Of a DNA stretch of 64,000 nt, positions 24,426 through 38,045 are shown piece after piece; position 1 is the stretch's first letter; every line of letters starts with the position of its first letter. Under the pieces are notes generated by a model. It saw nothing but the letters and a program-made list of their open reading frames with translations, was not told the origin of the DNA and made no database searches. The DNA comes from Lama glama (lineage: Eukaryota), in NCBI GenBank assembly GCA_028534125.1, contig CM052817.1, positions 61,134,001-61,198,000 on the forward strand, read 5' to 3'. The translations under genes and the position numbers were made by a program.

Positions 24426-26829
24426 AAAGGCATTTAAAATGTTTTCTTTTTACTCTTTCCTGTTTTTTAAATATTCATTCACCAAATATCTTTCAGGTGC
24501 CCAAGTGCCAATTTCTGTTTTAGATACTAAAGATATAGCCTTGTGCAACACAGGCATGGTCTATACCTGTGCTGAACTTCAATCAAACTTCAAGTTACTA
24601 TGGAAATAAACAACTGGAAAAATATGAAAGACAAGATATTAACTTTTCTAATTAAAGTATCTCTAAAGTATGTTTTAATTATGCACTTTATCTAACTTAT
24701 CTATCTATATCCTAATAGATATACTGAATTAAAGGGTAGATGCAGAAAAATACTGTTCTATTACAGAAAATGTCTTGTAGCTGGATATTTAAAATAAACA
24801 TTTCCATATTTCAGTCTTTCAGAGTAGTTACTGTTATTGAACATAGGGACAAATATAACAGACTATGCTGTTTGGGGAAATGTTTTTTTTAAGTGGTCAC
24901 ATTTACTGTGGTAAGAATTGCTTTATAAGTTTAGGCAAATCCAAGGAAGAAAAGTTCTTCTAAACCATGGAAATTAAGTCTGAAATTATTTTGAGCCTAT
25001 TAAACGCAATTTTGAAATGCCTTCTACAGGGATTATTATATATAACAGATACAGAAATATTCGAAATCCAAGTTACTTAAAAAAAATCTCTTGCACAATA
25101 TAAAAAATTTATCCTACAGTCTATAAGAGTCTAAAGGAAATAATTAAGTGCATATAAGAAGTCTTATGAATTCTCCTGGCTCTTGAGAACATATTTGAAT
25201 TTAAAGAATCACTTAGTATACTTGCTCTTTTCTGAGAGCTTCACTCATTCCCACAAACTGAAAAGTATAATTTAATGAAAAGTATGACTGAGTTTTAAGT
25301 CTTCCCTGCCAAGAGTTGGTCAGAAGCATTCCAAATACACAAAATTCAAAGAGCCAGCATAAAAGGCTAATTCTACTATGTTAAGTGTAAAGGAAAATTA
25401 TTACAGGAAAAGAAATAGGCTAAAAGTGCAATCCCTCAGAGTGCTAGAGTCCTCTCATTTCTTCATTTCTGTCTGATTCCTTCTTCTGCCTCAACCCTTC
25501 AATAACACTGGACCTCCACCTATTTTTTAAACGCGACCTAGCACACTGAAGTTATACTGATTCTTTTACAACTGTTGACATCATTGGGATTTTTTTTTTC
25601 ATGTTGTATCATACATTTCCTCTCATTCTGTTAAAGCTATAGAAATGATTTTCCCATAAACTCTGATCCCAGCCTTTGTTGAAGAATGGGTACATTAAAA
25701 TGTTTAGCTTACCTTTAGATGTCTCTCAAATAATCCTACTGTTTTCACTCAAATTCAAAGATCTAATTTGCTTCCTGTGGAGCTAAAATATTTACTGACT
25801 GCCTTTCACTGGCTCTACAACCTCCAGGCTGCCTCCCACTTTTCAAATCATTCTTTAATCTCGTTTGAGAAGACAATGGCAGCACAACTATCAGTAAACA
25901 GCTGCAGCCTTCCAGATCCTGGTATTTCATGTTCCACCTCTGGGACACGTGCATGAGTAACACCAAGCTCACACTATTTCTGGGTTTCCTACTGCTGGGT
26001 AAGCTATCTTTGCTCTTTGATTTCTTGCTTTGTCGTTGGAGAATCTCTAGAAGACCTTGGATAGGGTTATCTATCTTGCAGGAAGCAGACATTAAGCAGT
26101 GCCAGTCCACAGAACCTCAGCCTCAGTACCTGCATCTGGCTCTGATTCACATCTGCTGGCTACTATCTAGTCCAAAAGCATACAAGTTGTTTCTATTCAT
26201 GGCCACATGATCTGCAATCCAAATAAAAGCAGGCAGCATGAAATTATTTTTTTTTATAACAATGAAGCAAGAAGATCTGTGTGACAACTCTCAGGGATAA
26301 TCAAATATCTCTAGAGGTTCTAGCCATATGTTTTTCATGTATTGGTAGTTCTTCATAATGCTTCAATTCAGAGTGGATTTTTAATGGAATTCAATTTAAA
26401 TGCCTCAAAATCAATTAATCAGCTTCAATTACAATTTCTAGTACAATGCCTTATAGCAGGCAATTACTGAGACAGCACAGAATTGGTTAGGACATACTGA
26501 CACCCAGTTTATATATGTTCTTTGATAAGTTTTTTGCTTGATTTCTTTTTTAAAATCTCAGGGCAGATATGTAGCATTTTGGATGCTCACGGTCTACCTT
26601 ATTTTAGGAATTAAATCATTATATTTTTACTGCTACCTCTCCTTGTTTGATACAGATCTCCTAATCCCAAAAGTGTTCAATAACAGTGAATTTAATAAAG
26701 GTGAATTAACATTCTTTAAGCTAGTGGGCTGCCATTCTGGTTAAGCAGTTACAACTGTCCTACTCTTTAAAGCCACATTTCAGCTCTACCACAATTTTTT
26801 TGATCTCAAACTCATATAACTAACCCTAG

Positions 26830-29800
26830 TGTGAAAAGTAAAACATACCTGACAATTAAGGAGATGGTTTTATTCAGGCTACTGTAGTAGAGGGATCATT
26901 CATTAATAAGGAACATCTCAGGGAAAAAGAAATGGCATTAGGGTTTTACAGAGATAAACCAGGATTCACTGAGGGAGGAGGGGGATGGGTCTTATCTAGG
27001 AGTATGTGACATCAACGTAGTCTTGTATTATCAGCCATTTCTTGGAACACAAAAGGAGTAGGGCAGAAAGGTCCTGGCTGTCACTGCTTTCCAGTAACTC
27101 AGGGCTCAGAAGATATTCCACAATATCAAGACAATGACAATTGTTCAAGACAAATGAATGTCATTCATCCTGAACAACTCAGGGCTGACCATCAACCTCC
27201 TGACTGGGATGAAGCAAGGTCTGAGAAATAGTCTCTCAAGGATTCTAGTTGGCATTATTCCTGTAAAATCAATTCAGTCATTTGTTGAGAGGTCAATTGT
27301 TTTAGAGTCCTGGAGGCCTTAATGACTTAACACATTTTAAAAGAGGGATGCTTAAAAGGAAAGAGAAATGTCACTATAAAAGCTTATATTAAAGTAAAGA
27401 GCCAAGGGTTGAAACTTGAGGGTACTGGGGCCCTGGGCAGGCCACCCCAAAGTGAGCCTCATGACATTATTTTGAATTAAAGTTACTTAAGAAGACCTAA
27501 TGCCAGAGGGACACTTTGACCTTCCTCCCTGTCTCCCTGAAAGCAGGAAAGAAATCTCTCATATGAAAGGTGCACTCCCTGCACCTGGAGGTAGAATGAC
27601 ACTTATCACAAGAGACAGGGAATTCTGGAGAGAGGCCTGTATAAACAAACCTTGTTATTTCTTTAACTTACTGTCTCAAGCCCAAACTTTGTTTCGATTC
27701 TTAACTAAGCATCCAAAATCTAAAATTTATTGTATCTTTGTCTAAAAAATAGAAAAGCTACCTGCTTTGGCCACTTCTTAGGTCCCATTTCTCTGAGACC
27801 TACATGCGCAGGAATTAGAATCTGTTTCTTTTTCTCCTGTTACTCCATCTTATGTCAATTTTATTATTAGTCCAGTTCCAAAACACAGAGGGGTAGAGAG
27901 AAATTTCCCTCTCCCCAAGTAGGTAACCAGTCCAGGAGATTCCAAGAGGTTGCTGAGGAGAATCTTTTGGTTGTGCAGCACTACTTGTTGAGTTTCACGC
28001 TCTGAGCTTGGTGTTGCTGTCCACAGTCTTGGCTTCAGCTTACATAATAAGGGCACACGTAGCCCAAGAGTCTCTCTGGACTTCCTTGGTGGTCCAGACA
28101 ACCACTTGTTCAGGGAGAAATCCAGCCCACACATGGACTGCTGCAGAGTCCTTCGAGGTTTATATCAGGTCATCAGGTTTCAGCCGGCAAGGCTTCTTCT
28201 GATTCTGTAGAAAGGGTCGGCTGCTAGGCAGCCTAGAGTCCTGAGGATTTGGGCAGTCAGGTGTCAGTTCCCCATAATGCAGTCAGGCAGAAGGAAGAAA
28301 AACTGGAAACAGTTTGGATAACGGTAGCCAGATGTCAAAGGAAACTTGTAAAATTTAAAACTTGGTAGGGATTGGCAATTTTATCGGTGTTACTAAATCA
28401 AATCCAATTTACAGGTAGGTACCCAAATTGATTTCTCCATGGGAATGGGGCGGAAGTCATTTAAATCTCAGCCAGACAAGACAGAATTTGCATATTAATC
28501 AGCTACCTATAATTTACAAAGAGATATGCAAAGAGATGGAAACCATGAACTAGGCTTACATCTGATAACTGGTAAGGGTGTGCTATAAATGATGTTTTCA
28601 ATTTTCCACTGAAGCACAAAATTTCTACATTTCCTACCTTTTGCTCAAAAATAATAACAAAGAAAGATTATTCTTGATCACAAAATAAAACTGGCATAAT
28701 TAGAGTTAGCCTGATTATTTACATAGGTGTAGTGAAAACAGTAATTTACTATCTGGGCCTTTTTAAATTTGCTTTGCTGGAAATTTCATGTGAAATATCA
28801 GATCAGACTTTTAAAGGCCTCTTGAGACTAGGAAGCCAAGTCAAGAGACTGATATTAGATTTCACCAGCAGTAGCTATAAATTTGGGATAATTCCTCTAC
28901 TCTCAAAATCCCCCAAATATCTTAAGGTGTCTGGGCTTGCCAGGAAGTAAACTTCCTTAGCCACTTATAAGGCAAGGAACAGCATAGCCAGGTACCAGGC
29001 TAGTTTTCTCAGCAGGAATTTGTAAGCATTGCTCCATAAAGTCAATCTTATTTCCTTAAAAGTACCTGGTCATATAGATTAAATGAACATCATTCTCAAA
29101 TATGACACTCCAAGCAAGGTCTCAGTTGCATGACCAATGTTTCCAATTATGCTCTGGTAACAAAGAAGACAGATTATTTTTGAATCTAGGAAAATAACTA
29201 TATTGGTATTAAAATAAGGACACTCAATAATAGTTTCCAAATTCTGGAGAGCTAAACAGGAAGAAAAAGATCATTTACAAGTGTTTTATTTTTGTTTTAA
29301 AAAGCAGAGTCTACTAAATTGTTAAACATTAACAATCTTCCAAACAAACACTATAATCATCTCTCATTAGTTCATTTAATCCTATGTAATTAATTCTTAC
29401 ACTGCTTGATCTAGGGCTAGCAGTTTCTTACACCCTCTGCTTCTTAACTTGAGTTCTGGAAACCCTGACTCAGCTCACTGGTATGGTGTCAAAGTTCTTT
29501 AAGCAATACCACCAGAAGCCTGTACCCAGTAATACCTGGCATCATCCTTTTCCACAGAGCACTGAGACAGTCCTTTGCTGATGAAGTATTCAGGCCTGTA
29601 GCTGATTGTAAGAGCTTTCAGGGAAGCATTAGAGAAAAACAAAAAACTATCTGTATATGACACACTTAAAATGACTATGGTTGAACTATTACTAATACTT
29701 TTCCAAAGTGAAAGGTCAGATGAGAGTTCTTAATAAGAACAGTGCAACTGACAGAGAAATTTGGTTGCTTCTGTGGTATGTAAAATAAAACAATAAAATC

Positions 29801-30390
29801 AATCCAGAAAAAAAGTCTATAAACATAATGATTAACCTATTTTCAAAAAAGCATGTATATCACATCTAATTTATGAAAATGACTAAACAATCTTTATAAG
29901 AAAAAAACTTTGGATACAGTATATAATAATTCTGAGACATAATATACTATGAATACAATAAGCATATAGAGTTAGAAGATATACCAAGACTATATCAAGA
30001 ATATCAGGTAAAAGGATTCTGTAAGTCTGGAGTAGGTCTTAATCATCTGTATGATGATTACTTCATCCTTTACTTCACAAAATTCCATCCGTAAGTGATG
30101 TGAATCCCCAATTGAAAGCCACTTGCCTACAAGATGCCAGATTCAAATTAAAGAAGTAAAGCTGTGGCCAACAATTTTTTAAATAACTGAAATTAGGACT
30201 AATAATACTATATTGTTGTTGGCTAATACCAGGCAAAGCTATAAGAGAACTCTAATAAACAGAAACATATCATGGACAGTGAGGGCATTGACAATTCTCT
30301 GTGGACTTCCCATACAACATACAATTTCTAAAATATTTGTATTAATAACATATACAAATCTGATTTAAGCAAGGCTAAGTATCTCTTCTG
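26830..30390 (-). mobile_element. Degenerate ERV1 (MER4/MER34-group-like) LTR plus internal sequence
   Basis: Motifs typical of non-coding ERV1 internal regions (ttagcctgattattttacataggtg; atcagacttttaaaggcctcttgagactaggaagccaag; cattctcaaatatgacactcc). No intact gag/pol/env. Confidence 0.6.
27423..27921 (+). mobile_element. MER34-like solo LTR inserted in the ERV internal region
   Basis: Starts ggggccctgggcaggccaccccaaa..attattttgaattaaagttacttaag and ends aaatttccctctccccaa. Confidence 0.65.
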
Positions 30391-31516
30391 ATTTGGCAGC
30401 TTCCCCTCCTCAACCCTACGTTCCACTCAGCAACTATGTGCCAAGAACAAACGAGGTCTCTGGTGAGTCAAAGATAACAAGACATAACTCCTGTCTCCAG
30501 AAATTCTTGTCTTACAGTTTAGTGGGGAAAAGACACAGACGAGAGTTAGGGAAGCACAGACTAGCTTCTCTGTGCCCTATCCGGGGAGGAGTGAGGAGAG
30601 CGAGAAAAGGGAAGGGGAGGGTTTTGTTTGGCTCTTAAAGAAATGATCCATAAACTCAGTGGTTTGAAGAGTAAAAGGAGGAAAAGAAAGAATCTGGGTA
30701 GACTTCTTTTAAAAGAGCTAATGACTGAATAAATAGGAACATGATGAAGCTGTAGACAAGAGAAGAAACAAGATCCCTGAAGAGATAGAAATCAAGAACA
30801 CAGATCAAGAACATTGAAATATAAGAGTAGATTTAAATGTAGATAAAGTAGTAGGTAAATTCTTCCTTATTCAGGAGAATTTTCTCAATAATTCTGCAGA
30901 GTGTGATTCATTGTGATTCATTCAGGACTTAAAGAGTATCCGAAGATAGCTTAAATATGTTTAAAATACCTGACAAAGAAAACAGGAAAGAAAAAGAAAA
31001 CTGTCCTAAGACTGTAAAGTCCTAAGACTGTAAAAGGAGTTTCCATTGGCACTGATTTTCCCAGCAATATTGAAGATGAATTTTTTCTGGAGGCACCGAT
31101 CAACACCACAGGGAACTTTGTCTAGCAAAGTCAAAGAGTCATAGTGCTGGGTAGAGAAGGCAGATGGTGGCTGAGTACAGGAAGACCTAAGATCTGGAGT
31201 GGACTCAAGGATCACCAAATTGAGGAAGAATCTAGGGAGTGGAGGATCTGCTGCAGTTAATAGCAGGAGTGGTGGGACAGCCTGAAAGAACTGCAGGATA
31301 GAACCACTCTAGCTTCCAATCTGAACCTAAAACATTACACACAGGTCATTGTATTGTATCACTTTGTCCTCACATCATTTCTGTGAGGTAAAGAGGCATA
31401 TCTTAGAAACCACAGAATCTTAGTTTTTGTATAGAAAAGTATTTGTCCCAGAAATTTTTATCACACAGAATCTTTTAAACTAACCCAGATCAGAGTGTGT
31501 TTTGGCAATCAATTGA

Positions 31517-31638
31517 TTTTTTTTTAATTTTTTGAGGGAGGTAATTAGGTTGATTTATTTACTCTTTGGAGGTACTGGGGATTGAACCCAGGACCTCATG
31601 CATGCTAAGCATGCACTCTACCAATTGAGCTATACCCT
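31517..31638 (-). mobile_element. tRNA-derived SINE (Vic-1-like)
   Basis: gtaattagg...ggggattgaacccaggacc...ctctaccaattgagctataccc. Confidence 0.9.
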
Positions 31639-31735
31639 TAATTCCACATTATAGATGGATCTGCTCTCACAGTAAACTCTTTTGTAGCTAAGGATTAGGG
31701 TAATTTGCTCAAACATGCTTTCTAAAGTTTATTCA

Positions 31736-32165
31736 GTCCAACAATTGATGGATAAATAAAAGGTGGTATAACTAAGCAATATAGAGTTATTTGATGATAA
31801 AAAAGAAATACTGATACATACTACAGAATGGATAAACTTTTTTAAAGCATTTGCTAAGTGAAAGAAGTCAGACACAAAAAGCAACATATTGTATAATTCC
31901 ATTTACATGAAATGTCCAGAATAGGCAGATCTATAGAGACACAAAGTGGATTAGTTGTGGTTTAGGGCTGGAGGAAAGAGGGAAGGGAATGGGAAGCAAC
32001 AGCAATGGGTTCAGGGTTTATTTCAGGGAAGAAGATGTTCTAAAATTAGATTGTGGTGGTGGTTGCACAACCCTGCGAATATAGTAAAAAATATTGAATT
32101 GTACACTTTAAATGTGTAAATTACATGAAATGTGAATTACATATCAACAAAGCTGTTTTCAAAAA
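31736..32165 (+). mobile_element. Old L1M 3' end
   Basis: gctaagtgaaagaagtcagacacaaaa...tgtgaattacatatcaacaaagctgt. Confidence 0.85.
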
Positions 32166-32789
32166 TTTTATTCATTCAATGTTTAAGTGAACGAAAATGT
32201 ACTAACAATTCAAAAACATGAGTTATTAACAATTTAACATGTTTATGAAATATCACAGAACATATATCCTCTACTAAAAATAATTGTTATTAATCATACT
32301 ATGAGAAGATGGTAAGTCAATTATTTATCTAATTGATTAAGGAAGATTATTTTTTAAATACTATGATATGTTTATATATTACAGTCTGGTCTTCTTTCTT
32401 GGAAACATGTTATCATGGAGACTGTCTTATAATTTATTTCATGGTACTTGTATTTCTATAATTTAAGTGATTTAAAACTAATTGTATTGAATTTTGCTCT
32501 GTATTAATATTTTAATGTGATATTAATACTTTGGCCTCTGCTTAGACCATACTTATAAAATGTTGCTGTCATTGGTTATTTTAATTACAAAATACTGCTG
32601 AATCATTTCATGAAAGATTTAAAATTTTCTTTAGCATGGATTGCTAATCACTGGCCTCAAGATGACCTTTAGCCATTTGGACAGATCATCTCCTCATTTC
32701 CTCAGGACTTTTTACTGTTACATCCTTGGGCCTAATCAGGTTTCCAGATCAGCCTTACTTACATTCTTCTTAGCAGCCTTAGTTTTTTA

Positions 32790-33300
32790 TGCATTCATTC
32801 ATTCAATAAATTTTTATTGAGCACCTCATGTGACAGACAGTGAAAATACACAACAGATACTACCTCTGGAATATAGAAGTTCAGAAAAAATGTATAATTG
32901 AATAAATAATTAAAATATTATAGACATTGTGGGAGCACAGAGCAGGGAGACCTCAACAGGCACCACAGTCAGGCTAAGGCATTTCAAAGGAGATGTCAAA
33001 GCTAAGGCTTGAAAAATGAACAGAAGTCAGGGAAGCAACAAGTAGGGTAGTTCAAAGAAAAAATGTATATGAAAAATTTCAGAAATGAGTGACACCGTCA
33101 AGCTTCCAAGGTAACTTTCCCACGGTTCAGAATGGTTTAAGAATTGAGTGCAAAGAAGGAGATATGGCTGGATAAAATGAAAAAGGTTTTGATGTGCCTA
33201 ATTAGCTGTTTTAAGGACTTTGGATCTTCTAAGGGCAATGGAAGTCATTAACGAGTTTTAAACTTTAAAACAACAAGGTAAGACCTGTGTTTTAGACAGA
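32790..33300 (-). mobile_element. L2 fragment
   Basis: Begins with cattcattcattcaataaattttattgagcacct, the reverse of the L2 3' tail. Confidence 0.7.
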
Positions 33301-33585
33301 TTGAGTAGTTTTTTTTTTTAAGGTACTTCTCAAAACCAAGAAACCTCCAAAATCCTTATAATCATGATTCCTATGGACTTCAGCTATTATTTCCAAATAC
33401 TTGATTCTTTTCCCACTTGAAAAAGAGCTATCCCAAAGCAATAATTAGATCGGCTATGAAGCAATCATGGGGAGTTCTCTTGCCCAGGAGCTTCTAGGTG
33501 CAACTGGGTCAAGGACAGTGAGTAAGAGCAACCCTTTAAAACACTCACTTTGTGGAATGTTCTCCTTTAAAGAAATAATGGTACA

Positions 33586-33739
33586 GGGCGAGTGGGTATA
33601 GCTCAACGGTAGAATGTGTGCTTAGCATGCATGAGGTTCTGGGTTCAATCCCCAGTGCCTCCATTTAAAAAATTAATGATAAATAAATAAACAAATAGAC
33701 CTAGTTACCCCCCCAAAAAACCCAAAAAGATTTCTTTAA
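33586..33739 (+). mobile_element. tRNA-derived SINE (Vic-1-like)
   Basis: A and B boxes present. TSD aaagaaa(t/g)aatggta at 33569-33583 / 33740-33754. Confidence 0.9.
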
Positions 33740-34489
33740 AAAGAAAGAATGGTATGACATATATGCACCATGGAATATTATGCAATTACTAAAAACAATG
33801 AATTAGAGCTATTGACATGGAAAGCATTCTAGCAGTAATTCTGACAAGAAATCCAAAATGCAGGCAAATATCTCTATAATCCCATTTTTGCAAAACCATG
33901 ACATCCACCTCATATATATGTGTATATTAATATATGGATGTACATGCTTACACATGGTTGAATAAAATAACATGAGCATTTATCACAGGATCTGAGCTGA
34001 GTAAATTCACTCTGACTCATTGAGTTTCCATTTCTTTTTGTTATGTTCTTATGTAAGCCCATATCTGACTGCACAAAACAAAACATAAAACAATGAAGTA
34101 AAAAGAATCCCACCAAACAACTCTCACTAGGAATTTCAGATTAATCCTGATTTTTTAGTGACATTTTGAATTTTGTGGCACACTCCTTTGCTTCTATAAC
34201 TCTATTTAACATATATTAATTACTTTTAATGTATAAAAATTATTTTCATTTTTCTCCTTATTCTTATAAATCACGTTAGAGAAAATGCCAATTTTTTATG
34301 TATGTATACATACACACGTGTATATAACTTTATAGAAATGTATTAATTGTTTCATAAAATCACTAGATTTTTTTCCCTAATGCTGACTGTTTTGTTTTTG
34401 GTATTTGCTGCCCTCCCCACATCCCTCCCTCATCTTGCAGCAACAACCAATGTTACAGAAAAAAAACCAACTAACACTTTACACACTTA

Positions 34490-34685
34490 CCATTACCAGG
34501 AACTGTTCAGAGTGCTTTATACATATCAACAATCCCATATGGTGGACACACTGTCCACATGCAGTAAGTCAGGCACGGACATATTCAATGATAAAGTAAC
34601 CTGCCTCAGGTCACACAGGTGTTAAGTTGCAGGGACACATTTGAACCCAGGCAGTCTGACTCTATAGTCCATCCTCTAACCAGTA
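34490..34685 (-). mobile_element. MIR
   Basis: aagtaacctgcctcaggtcacacag...tttgaacccaggcagtctgactc. Confidence 0.7.
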
Positions 34686-35002
34686 TTCTAACCCACTCCT
34701 CTTCTCAAATTAACATAGCCTTCCATTTTTATCCCCATGTTCAGGTCATCACATGCAAATATACATAAACATGTATATACAACACTAATATACACATACA
34801 TATATGAGTGCGAATGTGTGGTTTTGCCAAAATATAGGGTTATAGAGATACTGTCCTACATTTTGTGTTTCTTGCATATAAGCAAGCAGTCATCTTATTT
34901 TCAATAGTGCAATAAACATTCTTGTACTGTGTTCCTACATATTGGTATTTTTATTTCTGCAATATAGATCCCAGTAGTGGAATTGCTGAGTTCAAGTGTG
35001 TA

Positions 35003-35008
<6 letters not shown>

Positions 35009-35039
<31 letters not shown>
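35009..35039. repeat. (TG)n microsatellite
   Basis: About 15 units. Confidence 0.95.
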
Positions 35040-35041
<2 letters not shown>

Positions 35042-35649
35042 CTGTTTGTACTCATTTATATATACAATATATATTTATATATGTACTTTTATTTATAATT
35101 GACATCATACTGCATTACCAAAAAAGCTGTGTAATTCACATTTCTATTAATAATATGAGAATACACCCTTCCTTTTATTTCCACCAACATTAGAAATTAG
35201 ATTTTTACTTATTAATTAAGTAGTTCTGAACAGATAATACATGCACATGGTTCAGTGTTGGGAGATAAACAACAGTAGGCAGTAAAACAACCTGCCTTTT
35301 AGTCCTGTCCCCTGGCCAGTCCGTTGCCCTTCCTATAAGCATCTAATGACACCAGAAAATTAAGAGGTACTTCACACACATACAACCAAACACAAATAAA
35401 TATTGTTTTTCCCACCCTGTTATTGACACATAAGCCTAATGTACTCACTATTCTGTACTTCCTCACTTTTTCTTTAGAATGATACTTCAGGACCCTTTCA
35501 AGTTTGGCCTTTTTTGAGCCCGTCCTTTCATACATCTCCCTGATATGTGTGTATGTACATTTATAATTGTACAAAAATATATAATATTATATGTGCTGTT
35601 TAATAAACTTTTTAATTGCAAGCTATACATTCATCTTCTAAAAAAAAAA

Positions 35650-36516
35650 CCTCAGCCTTCTTCATTTCAGTTGCTGGTGACTCCATACTTCAGTTGCTCA
35701 GATTAAAAACAATAAGGCATTGTTATTTCTTCCCTGATCCTTCTCTTTCTCTCATACCATACTTTCACTCTGTCAGGGTATTTTGTTGGCTATACCTTTA
35801 CAACACGTCCCCAACTACTTCTCATCACCTGTTCTGCTGTCACCCTGGTCCAATCCAATATCTCTTGCCTAAATTACTGCAATGGTCAGCAATGCAATGG
35901 AAGCCTCCTAAGTGGTCTTCATGCTTCTACCCTTCTGTCTATTCTTAATACTGTAGTTAGAGAGATACTTCCAAATATGTAAGTCAGAGCATATAACTTC
36001 TACAACCAAACCCTACAATTACTCCCTCTTACACTCTGTTTGAAAACTTAACGGCGGCCTACAAGGCCTTACAGGATCTGGTCCAATTAGCTCTCTAACT
36101 TCTTTCCCAACTTCTCTTCTTGCCACCCACTCTGCTCCAGTTACACTGGCCTCCCTGATCTTCCTTAAAATACCAGTCATGTTTCTACTTTAAGGCTTTT
36201 CACTAGTTGTTCACTTGGCCTCTCCTTGACACTCTTCTGGTTCACCACCTCATCTTCCAGTCTTTGATAAAATCTCATTTTAACAATGAGACCTTCATCC
36301 TAGCACTCCTTGTCCCCTTAACTACCCTATCTTATATTTTTCCATAGACTTGTCACCTTAAACTATGATAAAACTTGTTACGGTATTTACTGATATTTTC
36401 CCACTATAATGTAAGCTCCATGAGACAGAGAACATTGTTTTTTTTATTGAAGTATCCAAGTGCCTGAAACAGTGTCTTTCACATAGGAGGCACTAAATAA
36501 ATATGGATTGAATAAA
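35650..36516 (+). mobile_element. L2 3' portion
   Basis: Pyrimidine-rich L2 body ending tgtaagctccatgag...cacataggaggcactaaataaatatggattgaat. Confidence 0.8.
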
Positions 36517-36859
36517 TACACAGAAGAGAACATAAATGATCTATCAATCAGCCTACCTATATTCATACATATGTCCAGCTTAAAAATAATTAAAAAGCAA
36601 ATAACCACTCAGGTCAAGAAACAGAACATCACTAGCACTCCCCAAAATTCCTGATGTAGTCACCCAATCACATCCTCCTCTGTGATCATTCTTTTTTTTA
36701 CCCCCAATATATTTCTAACCCTTAGAAATTTCCTCTAAAACTGTTGATGTATCCTTGAAAGGTTAGATAAAAGAGCTGTGAACTCACTTGATCCAAGTCT
36801 CTTTTTTAATGCCAGAGTTTAAATCACTTTTTCGATCACCTTTATGGCAATTGTTCTTT

Positions 36860-37015
36860 GAGTGGCTCTCGTACTGTAGCATGCTTGTTAAAACACAGAT
36901 TCATACATCCCACTCCCAGGGTTTCTGATTTAGTAGGTCTGAGAATTTTACTTCTAACAAGTTTCCTGGTGATACTAATGCTGCTCACTGAGGGGCCACA
37001 TTTTGAAAACCATTG
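36860..37015. mobile_element. MER5A-like MITE
   Basis: cttgttaaaacacagatt...tttctgatttagtaggtctg...cacattttgaaaaccattg. Confidence 0.7.
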
Positions 37016-37591
37016 GTCTCCATAAATAATCCATTTTTTCTAGGTTTTCAAACTTGGAGCCACATTTTCAAATTTGAAGTTTCACATAATGGTCTCATAA
37101 TTTCTTTTCTACCTCCTGATCTGAGGTAATATCTCCTTTATCATGTCTAACCTTGTATATCTTTGTTTTCTTTCATTTTTTGGTGGTCAGGTTCTGTTTT
37201 AATGATCTCAATACAGAAAAGCTTTTGGATTTTTCTTTCTCCTATCAAACATGTTTTATTACTATTCCTTTAATTTCAGCTTTGTGTTTAAATTTTTTAT
37301 AATTTCTTCATAAGATTATAAAATTCCTTTAATTCTCATCTTTAGGATTATTTTTAAAGTGTTTTCTGATAATTTAATGATGTATGTGTCAAAGTTGTAT
37401 TACAATCTTTCTGCAAGGGGAAAGCCAATCCAAAGCTGGTCTCTTGGTAAAAATGGCTAGAAATAGTTGTTTGCCCAAACACTCCACCAAAAAAAAAAAA
37501 AAAAAGTTTGGTGTAATGTCGTTAGACTCTAATTTGGCAGTCAGCTAGGAAGATTAAACAATTAATTTTATTTATTTATATATATATATAT

Positions 37592-38045
37592 AGCCAGTGA
37601 TTCAAGAAGGCCCCCAGTGATCCCTGCCTCCTAGTTCTCATTCCAAATTGTACTAGGATTAGTCTGTGTGATCAGCAGAATACAGCAAAAGTGATGGCAT
37701 GGCAGGATGATACGAGGTTATAAAAGGCACTTCAATCACTCTCCTTTTGGATCAGTTGCTGTGGGGGATGCTAGCTGCCACAGCCAGGCTTATCAGTAAG
37801 GGCCTGAAGCCTGCAAATAGCCACATGAGTGAGTTTGGAAGTGGATCCTCCAGTCCTACTTGAGTCTTGAAATGACTGCAGATTCAGATAAAAACTTGAT
37901 TGCTATCTCATGAGAAACCCTGAGCCAGAATCATTTGTCTAAGTCACTCCCAGATTCCTGATTCTCAGAAACAATGTGAAATAATAAATACTTGTTGTTT
38001 TAACTGACTATGTTTGGAGGCTAATTTGTCATGTGGATAATAGTA
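37592..38045 (+). mobile_element. MLT1 (F/G-like) MaLR LTR
   Basis: ggcccccagtgatccctgcctcct...gagtgagtttggaagtggatcctcc...ataataaatacttgttgtttt. Confidence 0.75.
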
